Assembly: GCA_950097015.1 (NCBI GenBank)
Contig: CATNEN010000038.1
Span: forward strand, 34,038,001-34,102,000
Length of the DNA stretch: 64,000 bases
Reading direction: 5' to 3'
Source: Macrostomum hystrix
Lineage: Eukaryota > Animalia > Platyhelminthes
Made by a program: the position numbers and the translations under genes. Each line of letters begins with the position of its first letter. Position 1 is the stretch's first letter. The notes under the pieces were generated by a model. It searched no databases and had not been told where the DNA came from. It worked only from the letters and a program-made list of their open reading frames with translations. Positions 12,996 to 25,435 of this stretch are shown one piece after another.

Positions 12996-14026
12996 ACGAT
13001 ATCGTTTATTTAACTGTCTACTTGATCAGACTTTTTTATTTTTGTAATTTCAGCGTGCAAAATTCCTTTCTAAGTTAGCCATCGAATGATCTTAATCATA
13101 GAAATGGAAATTTCTAACGCGTAACGAGTAACGAAAAGTAACGAAAAAGTGACGATAGCTCTCACATACCTTGCATACAACTTAGTAGTAAACAGAAGTA
13201 ACGGAAATCGTAGGGAAAGAGGCCGCAAAATAACGAAATTTCTGAGATTCATTTAATCCTAAAGTAACTAAAGTCTCACATTCCTTTGACCCGAAAACTA
13301 ACGACAGTTTTTTAACTTCAATGATGTTAAAATTAACGGAAATTGTTACATTTTTAGCAGAAAAATAGCGAAAGTTTGTTACATTTTTTGTGCACCTAGA
13401 AGGTAGAACTCGAGGAACAGAAAATGTTTGATACATGATTTTGTACTGTTGTTATACAAAATGCACTGTTTAGGAATTATTTTGTATTCATTTTTAGTCA
13501 CTTTATATCTCAGCCGTACAGTCGCCATTGAGTTGTTTTACATATATTTTTTAAATAAGACTAATGCGTTCGCTGCACTCTAGGGTTTTGCCTTCCATTG
13601 TTAAAAATATTTGTTTAGCAATTCCAATGTCTCCTACAGATCACATACCTGTTTAGCACATATTTTTCTTTTAAAAGAATAAAATTATATATTAGCGGAA
13701 TTTAATTCTCTGGCGTTACTATTTTTGCGATTGTTTCATTAATTGTACGTAGTACGATTAAAATACTCCAGGCGATAAGGGGGATAAGATGAGAGAGAGA
13801 TAAGACAGTAGGCATATAAGATAAGGAGGAAATGCGTGCGGAGATAAGACCGGAGTGTAATGAACTACAGAGATACGACACGGAAAAAGATAATAAAGGA
13901 GACAGGTGAAATAACTGCGAGAGGATGTAAATCCATTGCTTTAGCTTTCATTAGTCTCCTTTTCAAAACCTTGTTAATTAAAATTAATTTCAGTCAGTCA
14001 ATATCGATTCGTAATCTATTATCACA

Positions 14027-17000
14027 ATGTCCCAGTCGGAGTCCCCAATCAAGCTGGCGCCGGATCCGACTAGTTCGTCTGCACGCGTTTTCCGTGACAC
14101 CGGCGCCGCGCCGAACGGCAACTCGAACGGCCACAGACGCCATTCCCAGGCCGCCATTGCTGCCGCCTCCGCAGCTGCTGACTTGGATGACGACGATGTG
14201 ATTATTGTTGACTACATAGTGCCGCCACCGTCAGCAGCCTTGCCTAGCAGCCACCGGGAGAAGCAGCAACAGCAGAAGCAGCTCTGGCATCGCAACAACG
14301 GCACAAGGCGCAGTCTTGGCTTTCCAGACCATAAGCGGGCGAATTCGCAGCCGCTGCTAAACCTTGCGTCTCTTCCGCCACCCAAGCTGCTGCCGGCATC
14401 TCTGGTCTCCTCTGGTTCGTCGGCAACCGAGTCGTCGTTAGTCGATGCAACCAGCACAACCGACTCAACACCGCCAACGCTTCAACGGGCGTTACCGCCA
14501 CTTCATCGTGCAGAACCAATTCTAAAAGCCGTACCGACGCCTCCACTTTATAGGGCTGTGCCGACACCGCCACTCCAAAATGATTTGCCTTCACTTCAAA
14601 AAGATTTGCCGCCACTTCAAAAAGATTTGCCGCCACTTCAAAAAGCTGTTTCAGCGCCATCACAGCAAATGACAGAGCCGATGCCGCCGCTGCTAAAGGC
14701 CCTACAGGCACCGCCTCTTTTTAGAGTTATTCACTTAGATGTGCCTGCTTCTGGATCCACAATCGATAAGACAATCGAAGGATTGTCCATGCCGCCACTT
14801 AAAAGTGCGTCATTGGCGCATAAAAAGGCGCGGCTGACTAAAAAATCTCAACGACCAAAGCCAGCGCCGCCGTTTGTAAGATCGGAATCTTCGCCAGCGC
14901 TTGAATGTGTTTTACCAGCTTCCAATCGCAATGGTAGCGTCAACAATAACGCCAATGAGCCAGTAGGGAATGAAGTAGCATGCGACTATTGTGCCGAAGT
15001 TGTGAATATAAGCGATTCCAGTGACAAAAGTGTTATCTTAGTAGATTCAGACGACACCGTTACTGGCACTAATCAGACTGCAAACGATCTAAATCATGGT
15101 CCGATCGGCCTTAAACTTCCTTGCTCTGTTTCTGTTATTAAAGACATTATCACAGAAGAGTTAAGTAATCTACCCGAGCCTATTAATTGTGCCTCGAAGC
15201 CGCTTGTCTCGAACGGCGTTCTCAGTCTTCCAATTAGCGTTGAAAGCAACTCAGAAAGTCTGGAAAACGATGAAATTACTCCTGCTGATGGTTCGGATAG
15301 TTGTTTCATCGTTGAACAACCCGACGATGTCGTTGGCGCTGACAATGTCGATGGTGGAAGCGTTGTCCAGCTGCGAAATAGTGACGTCGAAGATTTCTCT
15401 AAGCGCTCCGATTTGAATAATGCAGCTGTTGAGCGCGTTGACTGCCAGATCGACCAATCTGGGATGAACGAAATTAACAACTCTGTCGTTAAGGGAGGGA
15501 TGTCAAGTGTCGTTGAACATCGCGAAGATAAGAACAGATGTTCTGATAGCGAAAATCAAATTGCTACAGCCCAACCATGCGTTCAAAGTCAAATCGTCTC
15601 TGAAAGTGCTGACATAGTGCAGAGCGAAAATGTAGTCGAAGTCTTCAATGCGGCCACTAGCAACTCCGCTCAAAAACAAGATATTGTGGCTGACCACCTT
15701 GCAGAAAATCCAGAAAGTGAAACCGCCACTCTCACTGAACAACCAGACAATGAAACTTGTAATGTTGACAAACAAACTGAAATTGATGCCGGCAATGTTC
15801 ACGAACAGCCAGACATTGGGCCTAACCATCTTGCTACACAAAGCACAGGCAATGAAACTAGCAATCTCGCCGAACAGCCAGCCGAGGAGAATTGGAATTC
15901 GACCAAGCATGCGGATGATGAAAATCAATGCATCAGAAGCAGTCCCTCAGCCAAAAAAACCTGTGGTAATACTGGGATTATCGCTGTGCAAGATAATAAC
16001 GAAAGAGATGAAATGATTTTTGATCATCCAGACAGTCAAGCAGAGCTTGCCTCTGAGTACACAAACGATGCCATTGTGTCCGAGCCTGCCAACGCTGCTA
16101 GCGACAGTTTCATTGAACCGGTGGCTAAAAATCTGCGCAGCAGAGGCCATGTTGGAAACAAGCGCGCCGCTTTCAACAACAAGGCAAGACTTAGTCAGAG
16201 TCCATTAATTAAGCGTCGTCGTTTAGCCTCCCCGAGTGTTGATAACTCGGAAGACAACGACGCGGCTGTATGGCAACGAGCTGCCGACGCCGTTAAAAGA
16301 CCCACCCTAAGTCTGGCCCTGACGGCAGCCAATCAGGTCAATCGTCTGGCTGCCGAAGTGCGCCGACTTGACAAGCGATGTCAGGAGCAACAGGCGCGGC
16401 TGCGTGCCGCTACTGAATGCGGAACTGTGCCTGCCACGGCGTACTCTGGCATCGGTGAGAATTCCATTGATTTTATACACTTATTTTTCTACTCTAATTT
16501 TTCAGTAAAAAGCCATCTCTAATTGGTCCTTCACTCGGCCAAAACCAATAACCAAGCCTTTTAGTCTACTTTGCATTAATAAAGTTTTATCCTTCTATCC
16601 TATCCTATCTAGTTTCTATCCTACTTGTGAGTAGTTACTCGCAACTTACAGATATTTTGTTGTTTCTTTAAATTTCAGCTTACCCGCCGCTGCCGCAGTC
16701 GCAGCCGCGGCTGGGCCAATCAGATCTGCCTCAGCCTCGATTAATCGCCGTTGACTCCTTGATCGACAGCTCAACCCTGCGTATCAGTTGGGATCTAAAT
16801 ATTTTCGATCTAGTTGGGAAGAAAACTGAACTGGCCGGACAGGATGACATCTCCGACGAAGAATTCGGTTCTTTAGAGAGGCCGGCTGGCTATGAAATCT
16901 GGTTCAGCCTGCACCAGCAGGGCCAGTGTCTGTCTCCCACTGACTGGATTCGCATTGGTTGCGTTGGTCCGTTAAAACCTCCTGTTGTGTGCCGGCTGGC

Positions 17001-17154
17001 CCGACCTGTCATTAGGGGATCTCAGCCTGCCAGGCGGCAGAAACAGCAACAGCAGCAGCAGTCGGAGCATCCGTTAATGCACTTCTCTATTCGAGCTCTT
17101 GACTCACTGGGAAGATTTGGCACGTGGAGCAATGTGCTCAGTGTGCGCTGTTGA
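14027..17154 (+). CDS. ATF7IP: ATF7IP/MCAF1/Windei-like SETDB1 cofactor (~967 aa)
   Basis: Exons 14027-16454 and 16679-17154 (phase 1). Long disordered region with SIM-like DDDVIIVD and SVILVDSDD, a coiled coil, and a C-terminal FN3-like domain (YPPLP..LPQP..ISW..YEIW..WIRIG.V.PL.PP..C.L..FSIRALDSLGRFG.W) diagnostic of ATF7IP. Confidence 0.85.
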
Positions 17155-17276
17155 ATGACCATTCTATTGAAAATGGAAAATTCAACTTTGAGCACTTACA
17201 TCGATCTTCGGTCTTTGTAAGTGCACACACCCAACCCATCCCATTGCGTCTGTACGGTCCAAATGTAAAACCCCCA

Positions 17277-17750
17277 CACCAGCTGTGTATGTACTGGTGA
17301 CAGCCACCCCATACCCTATCCCAGCTGTGTATGTACTGGTCACAGCCACCCCATACCCTATCCCAGCTGTGTATGTACAGGTCACACCCACCCCATGCCC
17401 TATCCCAGCTGTATATGTACACATCACACCCACCCCATACCTTATCCCAGCTGTGTATGTACAGGTCACACCCACCCCATGCCCTATCCCAGCTGTATAT
17501 GTACACATCACACCCACCCCATACCTTATCCCAGCTGTGTATGTACAGGTCACACCCACCCCATATCCTATCCCAGCTGTGCATGTACAGGTCACACCCA
17601 CCCCATACCCTATCCCAGCTGTGTTATGTACTGGTCACACCCACCCCATACCCTATCCCAACTGTGTATGTACTGGTCACACCCACCCCATACCCTATCC
17701 CAACTGTGTATGTACTGGTCACACCCACCCCATACCCTATCCCAGCTGTT
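17277..17750. repeat. Minisatellite, 42-bp unit
   Basis: About 11 copies of CCAGCTGTGTATGTACAGGTCACACCCACCCCATACCCTATC. Confidence 0.96.
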
Positions 17751-18015
17751 AAGTATGTACAGGCCAGACCCACCCTAGCTGTGTGGTATGTACAGTCCAC
17801 TGGTCAACTAGTCCTCTGTCCTTCAGACCAAAGTTTATTTTCTATCCTTATTGCTAGTGCAATGTCGCGTAATCTAGCTATCTTTTGCAATTTGCTTGAA
17901 GTATGTATTTGCATTTTTTATATATTTTTTGTCTTCTTTGTCTACTGAATTAAATTTGCAAGTATTTGAATAATGTAGTTAACTAGCGTAAAATCATACA
18001 TTTTTAGCCGTAATT

Positions 18016-18434
18016 CCCGCTAAAAAATAGGGATGTTTCTTTGGGTGATTCCAGTTGGAATCTGCGGTGTTTCCAGAAAAAGAAACAGCCGAACGCTGGA
18101 AACATACCAATCGGATGATTCCATGCTTAGAATCTACCCAACTGGGCGTTTTCTCGGTGCTTCTTGGTGGCGAAATGGAATCACCCAAAGAATCCTCCAG
18201 TTCGGAAGATTCCATGCTCAGAAACCGCTGAGGAATCGCCCGTAAATAATTCTCTGGTTGTCCCATGGGCCACTGGTTCGGGTGATTCTTCGGCGGTTTC
18301 CGCACAATTTACGGTTACATCGGCTGCTTCCTGGGTGGTTTCTTTAACTCTTGCGAGATAGGGGGGATTTTGGTAGATTCCACTCCTATTTTACACAAAA
18401 ACCCGCCGAAGAAGCAGCCAATTTTTTTATAGGG
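18016..18434. mobile_element. Putative MITE with CCC...GGG termini (CMC/EnSpm-like)
   Basis: Degenerate TIRs: CCCGCTAAAAAATAGGGATGTTTCTT versus rc CCCTATAAAAAAAATTGGCTGCTTCTT; ATT on both flanks; short internal repeats. Confidence 0.45.
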
Positions 18435-19203
18435 ATTGTCAATTTTATCTTGTTCAAAAAGATAAAACAAAAGCAATGATGTCGCTAGGTAAGTAAATGT
18501 TAATTTTATTAATAAACAATCTATTTTTAATTGTTTTTATCTGCGCTTTGGCCTGAAACTGTTTTATTCAATAAATGGACCGTCTTTCTGCTAGCTTGCG
18601 ACCGCCTCAATTGAATTTCTCGCACCAACGCTTCTCGATTGTGGACTTTTGCTAGTAATTAATGTCTTTTGTTCGACCAACCGATAAATTTAGTCAATTT
18701 GGATTTACAATTCAATAATCTCTGTAATAAGGCTAGTTCGAGTGTTACTTACGTATTCTGAGCATTTCTGGAGAGAAAAAATGTCATGTGCAATTGTACT
18801 TTTGTCTACCGGCACTGCAACTAATTGATTTTTTAATTCTTTGAAATATGCTTTAAAACGAAGTGACTCTTCCAAAACATCAGCAGCAGTTGCTGAGTTG
18901 TTTGCTTAATCTCACCCAAGCTTCCCGTAGTTTACTTATTCAAAAAATTCTCGGTAGCAATCTATGTCGACAACGAGTATTTTTTTGCGGAACCATTTTT
19001 ATGATAATAGTACTTGCTACTCAACTATTAGTGTTTCTTGTAAATATATTTGTTTTACAGTACAGTGCGTTATTGGCTTGTTAGCAACGAATTTTGAGAA
19101 CGCTGTTTGCATGGAAATCACATTTCGCAGACCGACTTCTCCAACTTTTTTAGTTTATATTGATAGGCCTCCCTACATTCTCCTTAGGGCAGTTTGAAAA
19201 AAC

Positions 19204-21460
19204 TGCCCTAAATCTCCTCCCTTCTCTCTCTCTCTTGCCCTTAATCTCCTCCCTTGTCTTGTCTCTCTCTTGCCCTTAATCTCCTCCCTTGTCTCTCTCT
19301 TGCCCTTAATCTCCTCCCTTGTCTCTCTCTTGCCCTTAATCTCCTCCCTTGTCTCTCTCTTGCCCTTAATCTCCTCCCTTGTCTCGCTCTTGCCCTAAAT
19401 CTCCTCCCTTGTCTCTCTCTTGCCCTAAATCTCCTCCCTTGTCTCTCTCTTGCCCTTAATCTCCTCCCTTGTCTTGTCTCTCTCTTGCCTTAATCTCCTC
19501 CCTTGTCTCTCTCTGCCCTTAATCTCCTCTCTTGTCTCTCTCTTGCCCTTAATCTCCTCCCTTGTCTCTCTCTGCCCTTAATCTCCTCTCTTCTCTCTCT
19601 TGCCCTAAATCTCCTCTCTTCTCTCTCTTGCCCTAGATCTCTCCTCTCTTCTCTCTCTTGCCCTAGATCTCCTCTCGTCTCTCTCTCTTGCCCTAAATCC
19701 CCTCTCTTCTCTCTCTTGCCCTAGATCTCTCTTCTCCCTCTCTTGCCCTTAATCTCCTCCCTTGTCTTGTCTCTCTCTTGCCTTAATCTCCTCCCTTGTC
19801 TTGTCTCTCTCTTGCCCTTAATCTCCTCCTTTGTCTTGTCTCTCTCTTGCCCTTAATCTCCTCCCTTGTCTTGTCTCTCTCATGCCCTTAATCTCCTCTC
19901 CTCTCTTCTCTCTCTTGCCCTAAATCTCCTCCTTTGTCTTGTCTCTCTCTTGCCCTTAATCTCCTCCTTTGTCTTGTCTCTCTCTTGCCCTTAATCTCCT
20001 CCCTTGTCTTGTCTCTCTCATGCCCTTAATCTCCTCTCCTCTCTTCTCTCTCTTGCCCTAGATCTCCTCTCTTCTCTCTCTTGCCCTAGATCTCCTCTCT
20101 TCTCTCTCTTGCCCTAAATCTCCTCTCTTCTCTCTCTTGCCCTAGATCTCTCCTCTCTTCTCTCTCTTGCCCTAGATCTCCTCTCTTCTCTCTCTTGCCC
20201 TAAATCTCCTCTCTTCTCTCTCTTGCCCTAGATCTCTCCTCTCTTCTCTCTCTTGCCATAAATCTCCTCTCCTCCCTTTCTTGCCCTTAATCTCCTCCCT
20301 TGTCTTGTCTCTCTCTTGCCCTTAATCTCCTCCCTTGTCTCTCTCTTGCCCTTAATCTCCTCCCTTGTCTCTCTCTTGCCCTTAATCTCCTCCCTTGTCT
20401 CTCTCTTGCCCTTAATCTCCTCCCTTGTCTCTCTCTTGCCCTTAATCTCCTCCCTTGTCTCTCTCTTGCCCTAAATCTCCTCCCTTGTCTCTCTCTTGCC
20501 CTAAATCTCCTCCCTTGTCTCTCTCTTGCCCTTAATCTCCTCCCTTGTCTTGTCTCTCTCTTGCCTTAATCTCCTCCCTTGTCTCTCTCTGCCCTTAATC
20601 TCCTCTCTTGTCTCTCTCTTGCCCTTAATCTCCTCCCTTGTCTCTCTCTGCCCTTAATCTCCTCTCTTCTCTCTCTTGCCCTAAATCTCCTCTCTTCTCT
20701 CTCTTGCCCTAGATCTCTCCTCTCTTCTCTCTCTTGCCCTAGATCTCCTCTCGTCTCTCTCTCTTGCCCTAAATCCCCTCTCTTCTCTCTCTTGCCCTAG
20801 ATCTCTCTTCTCCCTCTCTTGCCCTTAATCTCCTCCCTTGTCTTGTCTCTCTCTTGCCTTAATCTCCTCCCTTGTCTTGTCTCTCTCTTGCCCTTAATCT
20901 CCTCCTTTGTCTTGTCTCTCTCTTGCCCTTAATCTCCTCCCTTGTCTTGTCTCTCTCATGCCCTTAATCTCCTCTCCTCTCTTCTCTCTCTTGCCCTAAA
21001 TCTCCTCCTTTGTCTTGTCTCTCTCTTGCCCTTAATCTCCTCATTTGTCTTGTCTCTCTCTTGCCCTTAATCTCCTCCCTTGTCTTGTCTCTCTCATGCC
21101 CTTAATCTCCTCTCCTCTCTTCTCTCTCTTGCCCTAGATCTCCTCTCTTCTCTCTCTTGCCCTAGATCTCCTCTCTTCTCTCTCTTGCCCTAAATCTCCT
21201 CTCTTCTCTCTCTTGCCCTAGATCTCTCCTCTCTTCTCTCTCTTGCCCTAGATCTCCTCTCTTCTCTCTCTTGCCCTAAATCTCCTCTCTTCTCTCTCTT
21301 GCCCTAGATCTCTCCTCTCTTCTCTCTCTTGCCCTAGATCTCCTCTCTTCTCTCTCTTGCCCTAAATCTCCTCTCTTCTCTCTCTTGCCCTAGATCTCTC
21401 CTCTCTTCTCTCTCTTGCCATAAATCTCCTCTCCTCCCTTCTCTCCTCCCTTAAATTTCC
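19204..21460. repeat. Pyrimidine-rich ~30-bp minisatellite with a ~1.08-kb higher-order duplication
   Basis: Unit CTCTCTCTTGCCCTTAATCTCCTCCCTTGT; identical variant runs (identical ORF translations) start at 19503 and 20579. Confidence 0.97.
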
Positions 21461-22335
21461 TCCCTTCTCTCTTCCCCTCATCTCTTTCCATTCCAAAATT
21501 TCCTCAATGTAATGTAATCTTGGAGTTAACAAATTTACGGCTTTGAGCACACAGTAAACAAAGGCTGGATAATCTCAACTGGCGCAGTTATAAAGCACGC
21601 TAAAAGATTTACTTCTGGCTTTATGGCACAAAAGCAATAAGTTATTGCTTGGGTGTGTACAAAAGCGTGGAAAGATATTTGGCAGATTAAGCGCACAAAT
21701 AAAAAATGTATATATTAACTACTTTTCGCACAAAATGAGCCCTTTCAGAGCTGAATTGATCGGCTATGATGAAAAACTGAGTACGCAAATAGTACAATAA
21801 AATAACAATTTAATCGAAAATAAATAATCCATTAAAATTCGATATGGGTCTTCCAGTACTACAACTACTTTTGTAATTAATTGTTATCTGAACAATGTGG
21901 CAGTTGATATGCACCATTTATAAATATTACATTTTAGTTAAGCTTTAACGATTCCAAGACGCGAAACTACCAAATAGCGGTAAATAAGTTTTTTACGGTC
22001 GTACATATGTAAAAACAATTTAAAACAATATTGACATAAAAATGAAGCCACAAACGAAATAGAAAACCTGAAATACATGATAAAATACTGATGAAAAAAA
22101 TCAATTGAAACAAAAATGAGTCCAAGTGTTATTCTTGACTCTAAGATAAAACTATTGATAATGCCGTAGCACATTCAGCTACATAGTCCAAAAATGTAGA
22201 GTACAGTAAGAGTAGAAAAACCACAGGGTATATAAAATACCCTTAATTTTCTGTATTAAAATTTACGAAAATCGGTCATTCGATTTGGGAGCTATCGTGA
22301 AGTATTCAGCGCCTTGTCTGTCTACTGCCACCGTC

Positions 22336-25300
22336 TCACGAGTGCCTTGGTTCGTCAGGCACTGTGTTGAACTCCGGAAAGCACACGTCCGATTTGTCAC
22401 CATTTAACAACTCGCTCTCATCCTCTGTGAGTCGTCGGCGACCTGTACAACATTTCAGCGGGAAATCTTAGTAAATATAATTAGATGACGAGGATTTTAG
22501 TCATTGTTACTCGCCGTATACCAAAGTTTTTAACGAGTTAACGAATTTTACCTTCATGCTTAGCGATGAACAGCCGGCTGATTCTGGAGGACAGTTGAAT
22601 AGCTTCTCTTGGCTCCAGGGCGTGAATTAGGCCCATTCGCTTAGACAGCCAGAAGGCTGTGTAGAGCCCAGAGTCAGACTGGGCCGCGTGGTTGGTGCCG
22701 CTGGAATTGTGAGTGGAAATTTACAGTCTTTTACAATTCTCCAATCCCTTACAGTTGTGAGTTGCGCATAAAGGTTTAGTATAGCGGATCATAGACTTGG
22801 GTCAGATGTGCAGCCGACAGCACAGCCGCAGCTATTGCGGGGCGCATCTGAAGGCTGCGTACGGCTGTTCAGTCCATGGACTGTGGGACGCCACACCCCC
22901 CTTTAATTACCTCCGCTAGTTATGGTACCTATCTAACATCTGGGTGAACTGCAGCAATGCAGAGTTAAGTGTCTTGCTAAAGTGGACACAAACTGTTCCA
23001 GTAGAGTCGGAAATCGAACCCCCGACCTTCAAGTCGTGAGTCAGAACCACTAAGCTACAACCCCCATGACAGTCTTCTACAGTTGGTCATTTAACAGGTC
23101 ACTGTCTACTCATACAGTCGGTCATTCAGTATGATGGTCTTCTATAGTTGTTCACATAATCGTAATTTAATACTAATTTTCCTTAACTACATTCCTACTC
23201 ACCGAATAGTTAGAACGGTAGACATTCCGGGTAACAAGTCAGGCGATTGCAGAACCTCCCTAGCTCTGGCCACGTTTGTCACCCAGTGAAAGTGCTCGTT
23301 GTTGAGAAATAGCACAGGTATTTTAAGTTTTCTATACAGTTCCGGATCGACAGGATGCATCCAGACATCGTGCAGAGAACAGGTTCTGAAGTTAAAAAAT
23401 AAAAAACATATTGCAATTTTCTACACACCGCTACTATAAGTAGGCACGCTGAAAACGAGATGTCAAACAACTCACTGATAAAGCCCTTCGGGTGCGGTGA
23501 TAGCGGCCGTGAGGGCGGTCGCGCTGCCAAACGAGTGACCCATTATATGAACCCGACTAGTGTCGATTCGATCCTGGGTTGAGTTCAGTTAATGCAGGTC
23601 ATTTGCCGTGTTAATAATTAAATAAAAGATCAATAATATTTGATTTTTTAAGCAGAATCCATTTTAATCCTTAAACTACATTTAAAATAGACAGCTAATG
23701 AACATGCCAATCAAAAATTTCTAAGACATCCCATTCAAAAATCCTAATCTAATCCTAAAAAACTCATTTGAAAAAAACAAATTTCAAATATTCTAAAATT
23801 CCACTTCAGACAGTATAATAAAAAATCCCACTCTTAAAACTGCAAAAATCCCACTATAATAGTTCCAGTTTTCAATCCCCAAAACCAACCCGAAACTGAG
23901 TCAGCAGCCAGTCGGAGTCCGGCCCCTGAAAGCCGGGCATGCAGTTGGTAACAGGCTGGCCCCGATGCAGTCTGAGCATGGTGTCCGTGAGCTGAATGGC
24001 CTCGGCCGCTCTCTGTCGCACCTGTCGATTGCGAAACGGATAGTCGCTGAGCACGTGCTTCTCGTAGGGCAGCCAAACCCGCCGATCCTGCGTCTTGTTG
24101 CTCTCTTCATTTTTGCCTTCGCCGCTGCCGGAATCGCCGTTGGCTGTGACGAATGCGGGTTCCAAGAAGAAACTGCACGAACTCGAGCCGTCCCGGTGTT
24201 CAACGGCGGCTACGATGAAGCCGTGGGAAGCCAGGTCTAGACAGATTGACGAATAAACGTGCCTCTGGCCGCCGAGGCCGTGGGAGAAAATAATTAAAGG
24301 CAGGCGCTGCTGTGTTGTTTTTTTATCGTCTTCTTCCTTATCGATGACCGGAGAGACTTCTGAATAATTTGGTTCGAATATAGAGCACAGTTAGAAATAT
24401 CAAGAAACAAATTTATGAATCTAAAACCCAAACTAAACTTTTGACATATTTTCTTCCTTACTCGTAGATTGAATAGTGCTGTGAAAATATTAACGTCAAA
24501 TTTACTAACCCCTAAACCTCAGAACCTGAAACCTCAGAACCTGAAACCTCAGAATCCTGAAACCTCAGAACCTAAAACCTCAGAACCCTAATAATAATAA
24601 TAATTGCAGGAGGGCTGCGGGCAATGACACATAGTTTGGTGACACTAGACCCGCAACCAGCGAGGAGGCAATTCTGCCCATTTCGCTGACTCCTGAGCAC
24701 ACACGCACACAGATACCGTACGCAGGCGTACGCTCACACAGGTGTGTACATCTGCCCTGACTTTCTCATCGTCAGGCAGTGTACACTCGAACTGTGCCTT
24801 GGAGGTTGGCCCTCAAGGGCGTAAATTGCACGACAAGCCCCCAAGCCTTCTCTCCGCGGCTGCGCCCCAAATAAATGTGGCCTCGCCGTGGAATCGAACT
24901 TAGGGACTGTGGTGCGAGTGGCAAACGCGTTAACCGCTCTGCCACCGACCCCCTCTCAGAACCCTAAAACCTCAGAACCCTGAAACCTTGGAATCCTGAA
25001 ACATCAGAGCCCTGAAACCTCACAATCCTTAAACCTCAGAAGCCTGAAACATCAGAACCGTGAACCATCAGAACCCATAAACCTCGGAACCTTGAAACCT
25101 CACAGCCGTGAAATTTCAGAACCTGAAACGTCAGAACCCGAACCCGACCTAAACTATGTACCTGTCGCTTCCTCGCCGCAGCCAATCAGCGGGCCCCGCC
25201 AGGCGCAGCACAATCTGAGCCGGCCAGCAGCCCAGGCGAAGAAGCCGCGCAGCCAGCGACTCCAGCGCAGAAAGTCCAGCAAGCCGTGGACATACTCCGG

Positions 25301-25435
25301 CTCCGTATAATCGTAGCCGTCATTAACTGGCGCCTCAGTCGGATAATAGACTCGGCCTAAGACGCCTGATTGGCCCCGATCTGTGAGCAGGTCGAATGCG
25401 CCCACAGTGTGCGGGCCGCTTGGCCGGTAGACAAA
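22336..25435 (-). CDS. Platelet-activating factor acetylhydrolase (PLA2G7/PAFAH2 family); 5' start exon not located
   Basis: Exons 25435-25162, 24359-23890, 23573-23476, 23385-23203, 22700-22552 and 22442-22336 are all phase-consistent. Motifs PSGPHTVG, RVYYP, IIFSHGLGG, LASHGFIVAAVEHRDGS, QVRQRAAE; catalytic GHSFG, DVW and GTNH. Confidence 0.92.
22805..23065 (-). mobile_element. tRNA-derived SINE family A
   Basis: Minus strand reads GGGGTTGTAGCTTAGTGG...GGTTCGATTTCC (A/B boxes), then a GTGTCC..AGCAAGACACTTAAC core-like domain and the shared tail. Confidence 0.88.
24508..25150. repeat. 15-16-bp minisatellite interrupted by a SINE
   Basis: CCTGAAACCTCAGAA(C) units at 24508-24590 and 24954-25150. 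Confidence 0.9.
24591..24953 (-). mobile_element. tRNA-derived SINE family B, full length
   Basis: Minus strand head GGGGTCGGTGGCAGAGCGG...AGTTCGATTCC, (ATT)n tail, flanking CTCAGAACCCTAA direct repeat; homologues at 37.9, 40.3, 41.6 and 51.3 kb. Confidence 0.9.

Noticed and set aside
14212-16208. Antisense and alternate-frame ORFs overlapping ATF7IP (likewise those over USH1G, ENaC and SPOP-like exons)
   Set aside because: Shadow ORFs of GC-rich coding exons with no independent motifs
22990-23065. tRNA-like sequences at 9.1, 23.0, 24.9, 30.1, 31.7, 41.3 and 41.9 kb as tRNA genes
   Set aside because: They lack proper acceptor stems and continue into shared multicopy SINE bodies
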